Assembly: GCA_963819655.1 (NCBI GenBank)
Contig: CAWFXA010000003.1
Location: forward strand, 928,001-992,000
Reading direction: 5' to 3'
From: an uncultured Chloroflexia bacterium
GTDB taxonomy: Bacteria; Chloroflexota; Limnocylindria; Limnocylindrales; CSP1-4
Length of the DNA stretch: 64,000 nucleotides
This document shows positions 50,709 to 60,643 of this stretch, one piece after another. The notes beneath the pieces were generated by a model, which saw nothing but the letters and a program-made list of their open reading frames with translations, was not told where the DNA came from and did no database searches. The position numbers and the translations under genes were made by a program. The first letter of the stretch is position 1. Every line of letters begins with the position of its first letter.

Positions 50709-51266
50709 GTGCCGACACCAGCGCGAACGTCCGTCGACGCGATCGTCGCCAGTGGACGCGAGATCCTCGAAGCCGACGGCGTCGACGGGCTAACGATGCA
50801 GCGGATCGCGAGCGCCGTGGGAGTCCGTGCACCCTCGCTGTACAAGCGCCTTCGGAACCGGAACGACCTCCTTCGCCTGGTCGCGAACGATGCAGCCCGG
50901 GAGCTGACGACTCGCCTCGACCAGGCCGCCACGACCGGCGAGCCGCGATCCGATCTCATCGCGCTCGCCCAGGCTTTCCGCGGATTCGCCCAGGCGTATC
51001 CCGCTGCCTACGGCCTGCTGTTCGCACCCCTCCCCGAGGAGGCCCGCGCCGACCCGGACTGGAGTGTCCGTGGCAGTGCGGCGGTCCTGCGCGCTTCAGC
51101 CGGACTGGCCGGCGAGCAGGACGCCCTCGAGGCCGCACGGACCGTCACTGCCTGGGCCAACGGCTTCATCGCGATGGAGCTGGCCGGCGCGTTCCGACTC
51201 GGCGGTGACGTCGATCGGGCATTCGCCTACGGCATCGACCGCCTGACGCGCGCCATCGCGCGCTGA
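50709..51266 (+). CDS. TetR/AcrR family regulator
   Basis: LTMQRIASAVGVRAPSLYKR HTH. Confidence 0.93.
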   Translation: MPTPARTSVDAIVASGREILEADGVDGLTMQRIASAVGVRAPSLYKRLRNRNDLLRLVANDAARELTTRLDQAATTGEPRSDLIALAQAFRGFAQAYPAAYGLLFAPLPEEARADPDWSVRGSAAVLRASAGLAGEQDALEAARTVTAWANGFIAMELAGAFRLGGDVDRAFAYGIDRLTRAIAR

Positions 51267-51306
51267 CCGCCTCTGGTAGCCTGCCCATCCTCAGCAGGGG
51301 TGGTCG

Positions 51307-52602
51307 TTGAGCAGATCCGCGCATCGAAGCGCCGCTCCCACTCCGATCGCGGTAGGTCTGCTGGCGCTGCTGGTCGCGGCCTGCGCCGGTCTGCCGGCCG
51401 CAGCCACGCCCGAGTCACAAGTGACGACCGGGCCGCCAACGCCATCGCCGGCTCCCTCCGCGGCCGCCGCCCGGACGCCCAGACCGAGCGCCGCGGCGTC
51501 CCCGACCTCCGCGGCGGAGCTGTTGCCGATCGCCGGCGTCTGGCGCGTCCGAAAGACCCTGTCGGCCGAGGATCAGTCGGGCCTGATCACCGACCCTGCG
51601 TTCGACGAGGAGACCTACTCGGTCGAGGCCGGCTGTCCGGACGAGCCGTGCGACAGCCTCGAGGTCACGACCACCCCGCTCGGTCTCTCGTCGCCGGCGA
51701 CGGTCATCCAGCTGTCGCGAGAGGACGCCACGTACGCATCGACCGCCCAGCCGGCAGTGGCGGCCTCGTGCCTTTCGTCCGACGGCAGCCGCGTCGACGG
51801 CGGTGCGAGTGCCACCTCGACTCTCGAGCTCTGGATCGCGACCGAGCGGCCGGCCGGGACATCGGTCGCCTCGACCGTCCTCCGGGGCAGCCTCAAGGTT
51901 GACGTCACACCCACGCCGATCGGCGAGTCGGCGGGCTGTCAGTCGCTGACTGCATCATTCGACTTGACCGGTCGACGCGAGGAGGTCGCGGTCCGCGACC
52001 CGAATGGCAGCGCCGCCGGGCCCGACGTCAGACCGCCGACCGGCGCGGCCCTCGTCCGACTGCCTTCACTCAGCGTGACGGTCAAGGGAGCGACGATCGA
52101 CTACTTCGGCGTGACCGGCGACACGTCTCGCGAGCTCGCGGCGAGCATCGCGCGTGGCGGGGTGAAGGCGTGTGGCGCGATCGATTACGAATGGTTTCGG
52201 GGCGACGCGCGCCCGGCAGCATGCGTGATGACGCGGGTAAGCGACACACGACAGTCGATCCGCACGCAGACCAACGCATCGGGAGCCTGCCGGATCACGA
52301 GCGCGACGATCACCGCCTCGTACACCATCCACATGCCCCGTTGGACCGAGCCCGCTCGCGTGCCGAAGCGGCTGCTCGATTGGTGGCGCAAGATCGTCGA
52401 CTTCATCGCCGACCATGAAGCCGGTCACGTCCGAGTCGGGGCCGACTACATCAAGAAGTTGAACGCGCGGCTCGTCGGCAAACCGTGCGAGGACATCAAC
52501 GCGATCATCCGATCGTGGGTGACACAGCACGCCGAGGCGCAGGAGGCGTACGACCGGGGCGAGTATTCGCGGGCCTGGCCGACCCCGGCCGCGGGCTACT
52601 GA
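51307..52602 (+). CDS. Lipoprotein with C-terminal DUF922 zinc-peptidase-like domain
   Basis: VAAC lipobox; YTIHMPRW...HEAGH. Confidence 0.75.
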   Translation: MSRSAHRSAAPTPIAVGLLALLVAACAGLPAAATPESQVTTGPPTPSPAPSAAAARTPRPSAAASPTSAAELLPIAGVWRVRKTLSAEDQSGLITDPAFDEETYSVEAGCPDEPCDSLEVTTTPLGLSSPATVIQLSREDATYASTAQPAVAASCLSSDGSRVDGGASATSTLELWIATERPAGTSVASTVLRGSLKVDVTPTPIGESAGCQSLTASFDLTGRREEVAVRDPNGSAAGPDVRPPTGAALVRLPSLSVTVKGATIDYFGVTGDTSRELAASIARGGVKACGAIDYEWFRGDARPAACVMTRVSDTRQSIRTQTNASGACRITSATITASYTIHMPRWTEPARVPKRLLDWWRKIVDFIADHEAGHVRVGADYIKKLNARLVGKPCEDINAIIRSWVTQHAEAQEAYDRGEYSRAWPTPAAGY

Positions 52603-53205
52603 TCAGGACTCGGGAAGTCGCTCACCGGCCTCGATGCGGATCGGCAACCGGTTCTCGGCTGGCGTCAGCGGGCACGAGAACTTCGGGTCGTACACGCACG
52701 ACGGGTGGTACGCGAGGTTGAAGTCGAGCGAGTACGTGCCGTCGTCTTCCGGTTCGAGGTCCAGGTAGCGACCGGCGCCGTACGTCTCGCGCCCGCTGGT
52801 CGTGTCGAGGAACGGGACGAAGAGCGACCGTCCGTCGCCGCCGTCGAAGGTGTACGCGGTCAGCCGGTGTGGATCGCCATCGATGTCGAACCGCAGGGTC
52901 CCGGCGCGATGAGCGGGACGAAGCTTGTTGTCCGACGTCGGGATCTGGAAGTTTGACGGCTCATCGCCTTCGTAGGGCTGGAGGAGGAGGTCATCGAACC
53001 GTAGTGCCGTGTTAACAGGGTAATACGGTAACCCGGTGAAACTCGGGCGCTCCCCTTCCGGGACGGGGCTGTGCGGACTCGACCGGAAGAACTCGTCCTT
53101 GTCCGCCCGAAACCCGTCGATCGCCTCTTCGTAGGACATCGGGCGATGCTCGTGGTGATGGTGCTCGTCCTGCTCGTGATCGTGGTCGTGGTCGTGCTCG
53201 GTCAC
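52603..53205 (-). CDS. DUF1684 family protein with His/Asp-rich N-terminus
   Basis: LFVPFLDTTSGRETYGAGRYL, LDFNLAYHPSCVY, IEAGE. Confidence 0.92.
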   Translation of the reverse strand: MTEHDHDHDHEQDEHHHHEHRPMSYEEAIDGFRADKDEFFRSSPHSPVPEGERPSFTGLPYYPVNTALRFDDLLLQPYEGDEPSNFQIPTSDNKLRPAHRAGTLRFDIDGDPHRLTAYTFDGGDGRSLFVPFLDTTSGRETYGAGRYLDLEPEDDGTYSLDFNLAYHPSCVYDPKFSCPLTPAENRLPIRIEAGERLPES

Positions 53206-53262
53206 CGATGCCTCCGGGCTGGTCGAACCATCGTGCGCCTCCGGTCAAGTCGCATCCGATCC

Positions 53263-55317
53263 TCAGCGGAGTCGGCTGACAAGCTCGAGCACCTCGTCGC
53301 CGTAGGCCTCGATCTTGGCCGGGCCGACGCCCTTCACGCGCCTCAGGGCCGCGGCCGACGGAGGCTTCATCTCGGCGATCGCGGCAAGGGTCTGGTCGTG
53401 GAACACGACGTAGGCGGGGACGCCGTCCTCGCGTGCGCGGCTGGTCCGCCACTCGCGGAGTGCTGCGTACAGCGGGTTGTCGTCGGCAACGCCATAGCCC
53501 GACGCCGCGGACGCGGTAGACGCGGCGCGGCGCGCTCCCTGGTCCGCGGCGAAACGGTCGGGGTGCTGCGTGATCCGGCCCTCCCCGTGCAGCGGCCGCG
53601 GACGCAGGTCGGCGAGGAACCGGCTCGGCTCGCGGCGGGTCGTGCGCCCGCGGGTCTCGCGCTCGGCAGCCCATGAGATCGCCAGGTAGCGACGCGCCCG
53701 GGTGATGCCGACGTAGAGGAGCCGCAGCTCCTCGGCGAGCAACTCATCGTCATCGAAGGCCTGCCGGACCGGCAGGATCCCCTCCTCCAGGGCGGGGAGC
53801 ACGACCGCGTCCCATTCGAGCCCCTTGGCGCGGTGATATGTCAGCAGGTTCACGCCGTCGGCCGAGCCCGCGCGCTCCGCCGCGCGTCGCCGGTCGAGGT
53901 CCGCCAGAAAACCGGCCACCCCCACTCGCGCATCCGAGCGCGACAGCGTGGCCAGGATGTCCAAGAGCGTGTCCAGCGCCGCTGTCCGTTCCCGCGCCTC
54001 CTCGCCAGCATGACCCGCGACCGAGTCGTCGTCGTAGCCGAGCCGGTCGGCCCACAGCGCGCGGACCGCGGCGGTCAGCGCGGTCCCCGTTGCCTCGAGG
54101 TCGGCCCCTCGAACGAGGTCGATGGCCCCACGCACATCGGCCCGGTCGAAGAACCGGATCCCGCGGACCTGGTACGCGATGCCGGCCCGCGTCAGCACCG
54201 CCTCGATCGGTGCGAGCTGGGCGTTCATCCGGACGAGGACGGCGATCTCGGACGGAGCGGTCCCCTCCCGCAGGCGCTCGCGCACCCAGGCGGTCAGTGC
54301 GGTGAGTTCCCCGGACTCCGTTCCGTGGCGTGCGATGGTCGGCACGGGGCCGCTCGGTTGCGTGGCGACGAGTCTCTTCGGCCGCCCGGTCGAGGCGAGC
54401 AGCCGATTGGCGAGCTCCAGCACCTCGGGCGACGACCGGTAATTCTCGGCGAGGGTCACGACATGTGCGCCTGGGTGCCGTTCGGCGAACCCGGTCAGGA
54501 ACGTGCTCGTCGCACCGGTGAACGTGTAGATGGTCTGGTCCTCGTCGCCGACGACGCAGACATCGCGACGCTCGCCGACCCACAGCTCGAGCAGTCGCTC
54601 CTGGAGCGGGTTCGTGTCCTGGTATTCGTCGACGCTGAACCAGCTCTTGCGCGCGCGGATCGTGGCAGCGGCATCGTCGTCGCTCTCGAGCAGATCGATG
54701 GTGTCCAGAAGGAGGTCGTCGAAGTCGATCCGGCCGGCGCGGCTTTTCGCGCGCTCGTAGCCGCCGAACAGCCGCGTGAACAGGTCGACCGGGACGGGCG
54801 GTTCGCGGGACGGCGTCGTCGGGCTGCCGGCGACGGCACGCTCATATGTCGACGGCGTCAGTCGCCGGCTCTTGGCCCATTCGATCTCGTCGGCGAGGTC
54901 CTTGGCAGGGGTGAATCGGTAGTGGCCGGGCAACGCACGTGCGAGCGGCACCAGCAGCGGCAGCTTGGAATCGAGCAGAGAAGGCAGCGGCGACCCGTCG
55001 TGGAGAAGCGGCCAGAAGTGGCGGAGTTGGCTCAGCGCGTGGGCATGGAACGTCCGAGCCGTCACGCCCGGCAGGCCGAGCCCGCGCAGGCGCTCGACCA
55101 TCTCGCTGGCGGCCTTGTCGGTGAACGTCACCACCAGCACCTGGTCCGGATCGACGACCCCGGTGGCGATCGCGTACGCGGTACGCCGGCTGATGACCCG
55201 CGTCTTGCCGGTGCCAGCGGCTGCGAGGATGGCGACCGGGCCCTCCGTCGCGCGGACGGCCTCGCGCTGGGCGTCGTTCAGGTCGTCGAGGAGGCGCTCG
55301 GGTTCGAGACGGGGCAC
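53263..55317 (-). CDS. uvrD2: UvrD2-like ATP-dependent DNA helicase with HRDC domain
   Basis: AGTGKT, VDEYQD, VGDEDQTIY, NYRS, HRAKGLEW, YVGITRA; C-terminal LREWR...VPAYVVF HRDC. Confidence 0.92.
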   Translation of the reverse strand: MPRLEPERLLDDLNDAQREAVRATEGPVAILAAAGTGKTRVISRRTAYAIATGVVDPDQVLVVTFTDKAASEMVERLRGLGLPGVTARTFHAHALSQLRHFWPLLHDGSPLPSLLDSKLPLLVPLARALPGHYRFTPAKDLADEIEWAKSRRLTPSTYERAVAGSPTTPSREPPVPVDLFTRLFGGYERAKSRAGRIDFDDLLLDTIDLLESDDDAAATIRARKSWFSVDEYQDTNPLQERLLELWVGERRDVCVVGDEDQTIYTFTGATSTFLTGFAERHPGAHVVTLAENYRSSPEVLELANRLLASTGRPKRLVATQPSGPVPTIARHGTESGELTALTAWVRERLREGTAPSEIAVLVRMNAQLAPIEAVLTRAGIAYQVRGIRFFDRADVRGAIDLVRGADLEATGTALTAAVRALWADRLGYDDDSVAGHAGEEARERTAALDTLLDILATLSRSDARVGVAGFLADLDRRRAAERAGSADGVNLLTYHRAKGLEWDAVVLPALEEGILPVRQAFDDDELLAEELRLLYVGITRARRYLAISWAAERETRGRTTRREPSRFLADLRPRPLHGEGRITQHPDRFAADQGARRAASTASAASGYGVADDNPLYAALREWRTSRAREDGVPAYVVFHDQTLAAIAEMKPPSAAALRRVKGVGPAKIEAYGDEVLELVSRLR

Positions 55318-55466
55318 CCCCGGATTATGGCGGTCGCCGCTCATCCGAGACTCTCCGCCCGACGGTCGTCCCCGCGAAACGAAAAAGGGAACGAATCCCG
55401 TCGGTCCGTGCGCCATTCCCTCAGACCGTCGCCCGTGTCCCGGTCGCGAGATCAAGGAGGTAGGGC

Positions 55467-56090
55467 ATGCGCCCATCGCTCACACATGTCGCCAGGTCGG
55501 TGGCCCTGGTCATCGGGCTCGGCCTGGTCCTCGCTGCGCCGGTCGCGGCGCGCGAACCCGTGGATCCGAACACGCTCAACCCGGCGCCGCCCGCGTCCTT
55601 CAACGCGACCTGCGAGCGGACCGGCAACATGGTCCTGTGCAACCTCGCGTTCAGCGATCCGCCGCTGGTCCTGGAGCCGAGCGGGGTCGTCTGTAGCGGC
55701 ACCGAGCTCCTCGTGTCGCAGACCCGGGATGTTGTCGGCAAGCGCTTCTACGATGCGGACGGCAACCTCATCCGCCGGCACTTCCGAGAGGCCCTCGACG
55801 GGACCATCACCAACCCGTCGAGTGGGATCACCCTCGACTGGGTCGCCCACAACACGATCATCCACGACCTCGCGGTCCCTGGAGACATCGTGTCCGGGCG
55901 CACGTCGATCACGGGACAGCAGATGCGCATCTACGGCACCAACGGCACGGTCCTGGTCGATGTGGGGCACCTGGTCGTCGATGAGGCGACCGGTGAGCTG
56001 CTCAAGTCCAACGGCAAGCATGCCTTTGATGACTACTTCATCAACGGGAATACCGCGGCGCTCGCGCCGCTGTGTGACGCCATCTCCTGA
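55467..56090 (+). CDS. Secreted hypothetical protein
   Basis: AAGGAG SD, signal peptide, four Cys. Confidence 0.8.
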   Translation: MRPSLTHVARSVALVIGLGLVLAAPVAAREPVDPNTLNPAPPASFNATCERTGNMVLCNLAFSDPPLVLEPSGVVCSGTELLVSQTRDVVGKRFYDADGNLIRRHFREALDGTITNPSSGITLDWVAHNTIIHDLAVPGDIVSGRTSITGQQMRIYGTNGTVLVDVGHLVVDEATGELLKSNGKHAFDDYFINGNTAALAPLCDAIS

Positions 56091-56207
56091 GGGGACGCTG
56101 CGGCGATGCCGCAGCAGGAGCGGCCGTCGCGTGGACCACGATCGGACCATCCGACGGCCGCCTTTTCGTGCGCGACACCTTATTTGGGCGACCCCGATAC
56201 TGGTCGC

Positions 56208-56780
56208 ATGCGCCGACTGATCTACTACATCACGATCTCCACCGACGGCATGTACGCAGACCCCGACGGCGGTTTGTCCCATTTCGAGCCGGCCGAGGAT
56301 GAACACCGCTACGCCAACCGCCTCATCCGTGACGCGGGTGACATCGTCAATGGCCGCGTCATGTACGACGTGATGGAGTACTGGGACGACCTCGACCTCG
56401 ATGACCCCAACACCTCCGACATCGAGCGCGAGTTCGCGACCTTCTGGCGGGAGACCCCGAAACACGTCGTGTCGCGCGGTCGACCGGTGCTCCGCGCGAA
56501 CGCGACGCACATCGAGGGTGACGTCGTCGAGGCCGTCCGCCGCATGAAGACCGAGGATGGGCCGTACCTCGCGCTCGGCTGCGGCGCCGATCTCCTCGCT
56601 CAGCTGAGCGAGGCGGGGCTCATCGACGAGTACCGGTTCCTCGTTGCGCCGGTGGCGCTGGGTCGCGGCAAGGCCCTCTTCGCGAAGCTCGCCGCGCCGC
56701 TCGATCTCCGGCTCACCAGCGCGACGACGACCTCAGCCGGCGGCGTCCTGCTCGAATACGTCCCGGCCGCCGACCGCTGA
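56208..56780 (+). CDS. Dihydrofolate reductase-like (RibD C-terminal) protein
   Basis: ISTDG, GRVMY, GLIDEYRFLVAPVALGRGKALF. Confidence 0.9.
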   Translation: MRRLIYYITISTDGMYADPDGGLSHFEPAEDEHRYANRLIRDAGDIVNGRVMYDVMEYWDDLDLDDPNTSDIEREFATFWRETPKHVVSRGRPVLRANATHIEGDVVEAVRRMKTEDGPYLALGCGADLLAQLSEAGLIDEYRFLVAPVALGRGKALFAKLAAPLDLRLTSATTTSAGGVLLEYVPAADR

Positions 56781-56784
56781 GCGC

Positions 56785-57594
56785 ATGCACGGCTCCGCGA
56801 CCGCCGCGAACAAGCTCGACCGGACCGGCTACGAGGTCGCGTTCGAGGACGACTTCGACCGGCCGACTCTCGACGAGACACGCTGGCTCCCCCACTACCT
56901 GCCGCACTGGAGCACGCCCGACCGGACCGCCACTCGCTACGAGATCCACGACGGCGTCCTGCGCCTGCTGATCGAGGCCGACCACGCACCGTGGTGCCCG
57001 GAACTCGATGGCGACCTGCGCGTGTCGTCGCTCCAGACCGGCGTGTTCGCCGGACCGGTGAGCTCGAAGATCGGCCAGCTCCAGTTCCATCCAGACGTCG
57101 TCGTCCGCACGCCGCAGGTGAACCGCGCGCTTCTCGCAGTCCATCACGGGCTCATCGAGACGCGGATGCGCGCCCTCGACGACCCGCGGGCGATGGTCTC
57201 GCTATGGATGATCGGCCTCGAGGACGAACCGGAGCATTCATCGGAGATCAACGTGGCCGAGATCTTCGGACGCACCGTCGAGTCCCGCAGGGCGAGAATC
57301 GGCATGGGCGTCCACCCGTTCGGCGACCCGGCGATCATCGACGATTTCGTCGCCGAGGAGCTCGCGATCGACGTGCGCGACTGGCACACGTATTCCGCCG
57401 ACTGGACGCCCGATCGCGTCGCCTGGTACGTGGACGAACGGCTGATCCGCGTGGTCGACCAGTCGGCCACCTACCCGATGCAGCTCATGCTCGGTATCTA
57501 CGAATTCCCGGTCGACGACGACCCGCGCGACCCAGCCGACTACCCGAAGGCATTCGAGGTCGACTGGGTGCGCGTGTCGCGCCTGCGGCTGTGA
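56785..57594 (+). CDS. GH16 glycoside hydrolase family protein
   Basis: FEDDF, EINVAE, WHTYSADWTPD, YPMQLML, FEVDWVRV. Confidence 0.85.
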   Translation: MHGSATAANKLDRTGYEVAFEDDFDRPTLDETRWLPHYLPHWSTPDRTATRYEIHDGVLRLLIEADHAPWCPELDGDLRVSSLQTGVFAGPVSSKIGQLQFHPDVVVRTPQVNRALLAVHHGLIETRMRALDDPRAMVSLWMIGLEDEPEHSSEINVAEIFGRTVESRRARIGMGVHPFGDPAIIDDFVAEELAIDVRDWHTYSADWTPDRVAWYVDERLIRVVDQSATYPMQLMLGIYEFPVDDDPRDPADYPKAFEVDWVRVSRLRL

Positions 57595-57598
57595 CGCG

Positions 57599-58207
57599 TC
57601 AGAAGTTCGGCGGCGTGATGGCTGAGACGATCTCCGCTTCCTCTTCGCCGACCGCCCGTGTCTTGTGCGGCAGGCCCGAGTCGTAATAGATGGAGTCGCC
57701 CTCGTTGAGCTCGTAGTCGACGTCACCGACGGTGATGACCACCTGGCCGCGCAGGACGAGAGCGCATTCCTCGCCCTCGTGCGCCATCGCCGTCGCGTCG
57801 ACTCCGGGCTTGACGTGGACCAGGATCATCTCGATCTTGCGCCGCACATCGGGCGAGACCAGCTCGTAGGACAACGACCCGCCCGGCGGCTTGATGACCT
57901 TGCGCGCGTCCTTCCGCACGACCGCGCCATTGGATTCGGGTGCCGTGAACAGCAGGAAGACCGGCACTTCCAGGGCGGACGCGATCGAGCGGAGCACGAG
58001 GATCGACGGGTACGCGACGCCACGCTCGACGCTACTGAGGAAGCTGCGCGTGATGCCGACCAGCGCGGCGAGCCCGGTCAAGGTCAAGCCGCGCTCGGTC
58101 CGCAAGGCTCGGATCCGTCGGCCGAGCTGGTCGTCGCGTTCGATGGCTGACGTGCGAGCGGAGGAGCCCCTCTTCGGGCTCCTGGCCCGCGACCCGGGCG
58201 TGGACAT
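57599..58207 (-). CDS. XRE-cupin transcriptional regulator
   Basis: N-terminal HTH, HEGEE...GDSIYYDSGLPH. Confidence 0.92.
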   Translation of the reverse strand: MSTPGSRARSPKRGSSARTSAIERDDQLGRRIRALRTERGLTLTGLAALVGITRSFLSSVERGVAYPSILVLRSIASALEVPVFLLFTAPESNGAVVRKDARKVIKPPGGSLSYELVSPDVRRKIEMILVHVKPGVDATAMAHEGEECALVLRGQVVITVGDVDYELNEGDSIYYDSGLPHKTRAVGEEEAEIVSAITPPNF

Positions 58208-58221
58208 GGAGCGGGTGGCCC

Positions 58222-59253
58222 TCAGCGAACGGCGACGCCGCCGCGCATCGGCTCCGCGCCGTATTTACGCGTCAAGTATGGCAGAACCTCATCGCGGCAA
58301 ACCTTCGCCACGATGGACGGATCGGGGCTCATGTCGGCCCAGATGATGTGGTCGCAACCGGCCTCGATGAAGGCCTCGAACCGGGCGATGATCTCCTCGC
58401 CGGACGTTGCGATGCAGAAGGCCGCCGAAAGGGCCTCGTCGCGCACCAGCAGGGCCCGCTGTTCGATGACCCGTGGATCCTGGATGTACGAATACGCCTC
58501 CGGGATGAGCAGCCCACCGTAGACGCGCGCTCCATCGAGCGCTTTCTCGCGATCGGGATGGTACGACGTGCTGACCCACGCAGTCCGAAAGCCGTTCGGC
58601 GCGGCGCGCTCGGCCTCTGCGGCGCCGGCTTCGAACGCCGGAGCCAGGACATCACGGTGGACCTCGGCGGGCACACCGACCGCGACGTATCCGTCGGCCA
58701 GGCGCCCGGCGTTGCCTGCCATCTTCGGACCACCGGCCGCGCAGATGATCGGGATCCGGTGCTCCAACTTCTGATAGAGGCGGAAGAAGGAGTCGAAGTA
58801 CGTGCCCTGATGCCGGAAGTAGTCGGGCTCCTCCCAGCAGCGGCGGATGAGGCCGATCGCCTCGACAAGGCGCTCGATCCGTTCACGCAGAGGCGGCCAC
58901 ACGCCCGTGGTGGTCTTCTCGTTCATCGCCTCCCCGGTGCCCACGCCCAGGGCCACACGGCCTGGGTAGAGCAACTCGAGGGTCGCGATCTCGATCGCGA
59001 CGTCGACCGGCTGATGGCGGATCCCGATCGGCGGGATCACCATCGGGCCGACGACGGCCCGTTCGGTGTTGGCGAGGAACGCCGTGAGGGTCGCCCAGAT
59101 CCCCGCGCTGTGGCCCGACGAGTGCTGCCACGGCAGCGTGTGATCGCCTTCCCAGATGTGCGTGAAGCCGGCCTCCTCCAGGTCGCCGACCCGGCGCACG
59201 TTGTCCCGGACGTCATGACAGAGGCACTCGGGTGAGATGCCGAAGGTGACCAT
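58222..59253 (-). CDS. F420-dependent LLM oxidoreductase (FGD-like)
   Basis: DHTLPW, LGVGTGEAMNE, AGGPKMAGNAGRLADG. Confidence 0.88.
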   Translation of the reverse strand: MVTFGISPECLCHDVRDNVRRVGDLEEAGFTHIWEGDHTLPWQHSSGHSAGIWATLTAFLANTERAVVGPMVIPPIGIRHQPVDVAIEIATLELLYPGRVALGVGTGEAMNEKTTTGVWPPLRERIERLVEAIGLIRRCWEEPDYFRHQGTYFDSFFRLYQKLEHRIPIICAAGGPKMAGNAGRLADGYVAVGVPAEVHRDVLAPAFEAGAAEAERAAPNGFRTAWVSTSYHPDREKALDGARVYGGLLIPEAYSYIQDPRVIEQRALLVRDEALSAAFCIATSGEEIIARFEAFIEAGCDHIIWADMSPDPSIVAKVCRDEVLPYLTRKYGAEPMRGGVAVR

Positions 59254-59672
59254 CAGGCGTTCCCCACTGGAAGGCCGAGCTGCCCGAACAACGAGGCCGA
59301 GTCGTAGTACACGGTCTCGCGGGTGAAGAGCTCGGCGTTGTGCTCGTAGACGGATACGGCCTTGATCCGGAACGACCGACCGGTCGGGGCGTGGCCCACG
59401 AATTCACCCGTGTGCGTGCCGATCAGGTCGTACTCGGCCACGACCGTGTCGCCCCCGCAGGCGACGCAGTTCGTGACCTCGATATGGAGGTCCGGAAAAC
59501 CGCGATAGAAGATGGCCATGAAATCGCGCATCTCGTCCTTGTTCCGGCACGGCTCGGGCACCGTGACGTCCTCGAAATAGACGTCGTCGGTGTAGTACGC
59601 GAGCACGGCCTCGAGGTCGCCGCGGCTCAGGTCGGCGATCTCGTCAAGGACAGCTTGGCGAGGGTCCATCAT
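59253..59672 (-). CDS. SnoaL-like/ester cyclase family protein
   Basis: GFPDLH, GTHTGEFVGHAPTGR, LFGQLG. Confidence 0.88.
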   Translation of the reverse strand: MMDPRQAVLDEIADLSRGDLEAVLAYYTDDVYFEDVTVPEPCRNKDEMRDFMAIFYRGFPDLHIEVTNCVACGGDTVVAEYDLIGTHTGEFVGHAPTGRSFRIKAVSVYEHNAELFTRETVYYDSASLFGQLGLPVGNA

Positions 59673-60588
59673 AGGAGGGCGCCTCCTTGACTCCGAGCAG
59701 CCGCAGGGCAGCACCGCCGAAGAAGCTCTGCTCGTCCTCCTCGGTGATGTACGGATCGAGGTCGTGTCGCTCGGTGTAGTCGCGGACCTTCTCGAAGAAC
59801 GCCTTGCCGGTGTCGAACGGGACATACGGATAGTCCGAGCCCCACAGGAACCGGCCGAACACGCCGAGCTTCTTGGCCCACGTCCAGATCTGGGCGACCC
59901 GCCACAGCGGCGCCGACTCGGCCCAGAACGCAAAGTCGCCGTAGATGTGCTCGAACTTCGCCATGAAGTGCATCGTCTCCTCGGCCCACGCGAAACCGAC
60001 GTGGCCGATGACGAGCTTCAGCTGCGGGAAGTCGATCATCACGTCTTCGAGCAGCAGCGGATGGTCGTAGGCGAGCATCTTGCCCTTCGGGAACATGCTC
60101 CAGCCCGTGTGGGTGATGAGCGGCACGCCCATCGCCTCGGCGGCTTCGAACAACGGCCAGATGCGACGGTCGTTGAGAGCCACGTAGTTGTAGGACGGGA
60201 GCATCTTCAGGCCCTTGAGGCCCTGCTCGTTGATGGCCCGCTCGAATCGCTTCACTTCGGCGTTGCCGCCGAGCGGGTTCGCGGTGTAGAAGCCGAACAG
60301 GCGATCCGGCCAGCGCTGCACCATCGACTGGACATAGGCCCCGTTCTCGGGGTCGTATGCGCCCCACGGCAGGTAGCCGACGCCGAGCACGAACGCCTTG
60401 TCGATCCCCGCCGCGTCCATGTCGGCGATCAGCCGCTCGCCGGGAACGCAGAAGTCCTCCGGTGTCCAGGGCTTGCCCGTGTGCCAGCAATCCTGGCCTT
60501 TGAACATGTTCACGTAGAACTCGCCGAGCTCGCGCGGGAAGTCGACCTCGAAGCGCTGCATGTGCGTGTGCGAGTTGATGAGCGTCAT
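59644..60588 (-). CDS. Amidohydrolase_2 family protein
   Basis: NSHTH, GLKGLK, THTG, GHVG, WGSDYPY. Confidence 0.9.
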   Translation of the reverse strand: MTLINSHTHMQRFEVDFPRELGEFYVNMFKGQDCWHTGKPWTPEDFCVPGERLIADMDAAGIDKAFVLGVGYLPWGAYDPENGAYVQSMVQRWPDRLFGFYTANPLGGNAEVKRFERAINEQGLKGLKMLPSYNYVALNDRRIWPLFEAAEAMGVPLITHTGWSMFPKGKMLAYDHPLLLEDVMIDFPQLKLVIGHVGFAWAEETMHFMAKFEHIYGDFAFWAESAPLWRVAQIWTWAKKLGVFGRFLWGSDYPYVPFDTGKAFFEKVRDYTERHDLDPYITEEDEQSFFGGAALRLLGVKEAPSYDGPSPSCP

Positions 60589-60643
60589 GTGGTTCCTCGT
60601 GCGGTGTCGCGGTGAAGGCGTCGGACCTGGGTCGGGTCAGGGA

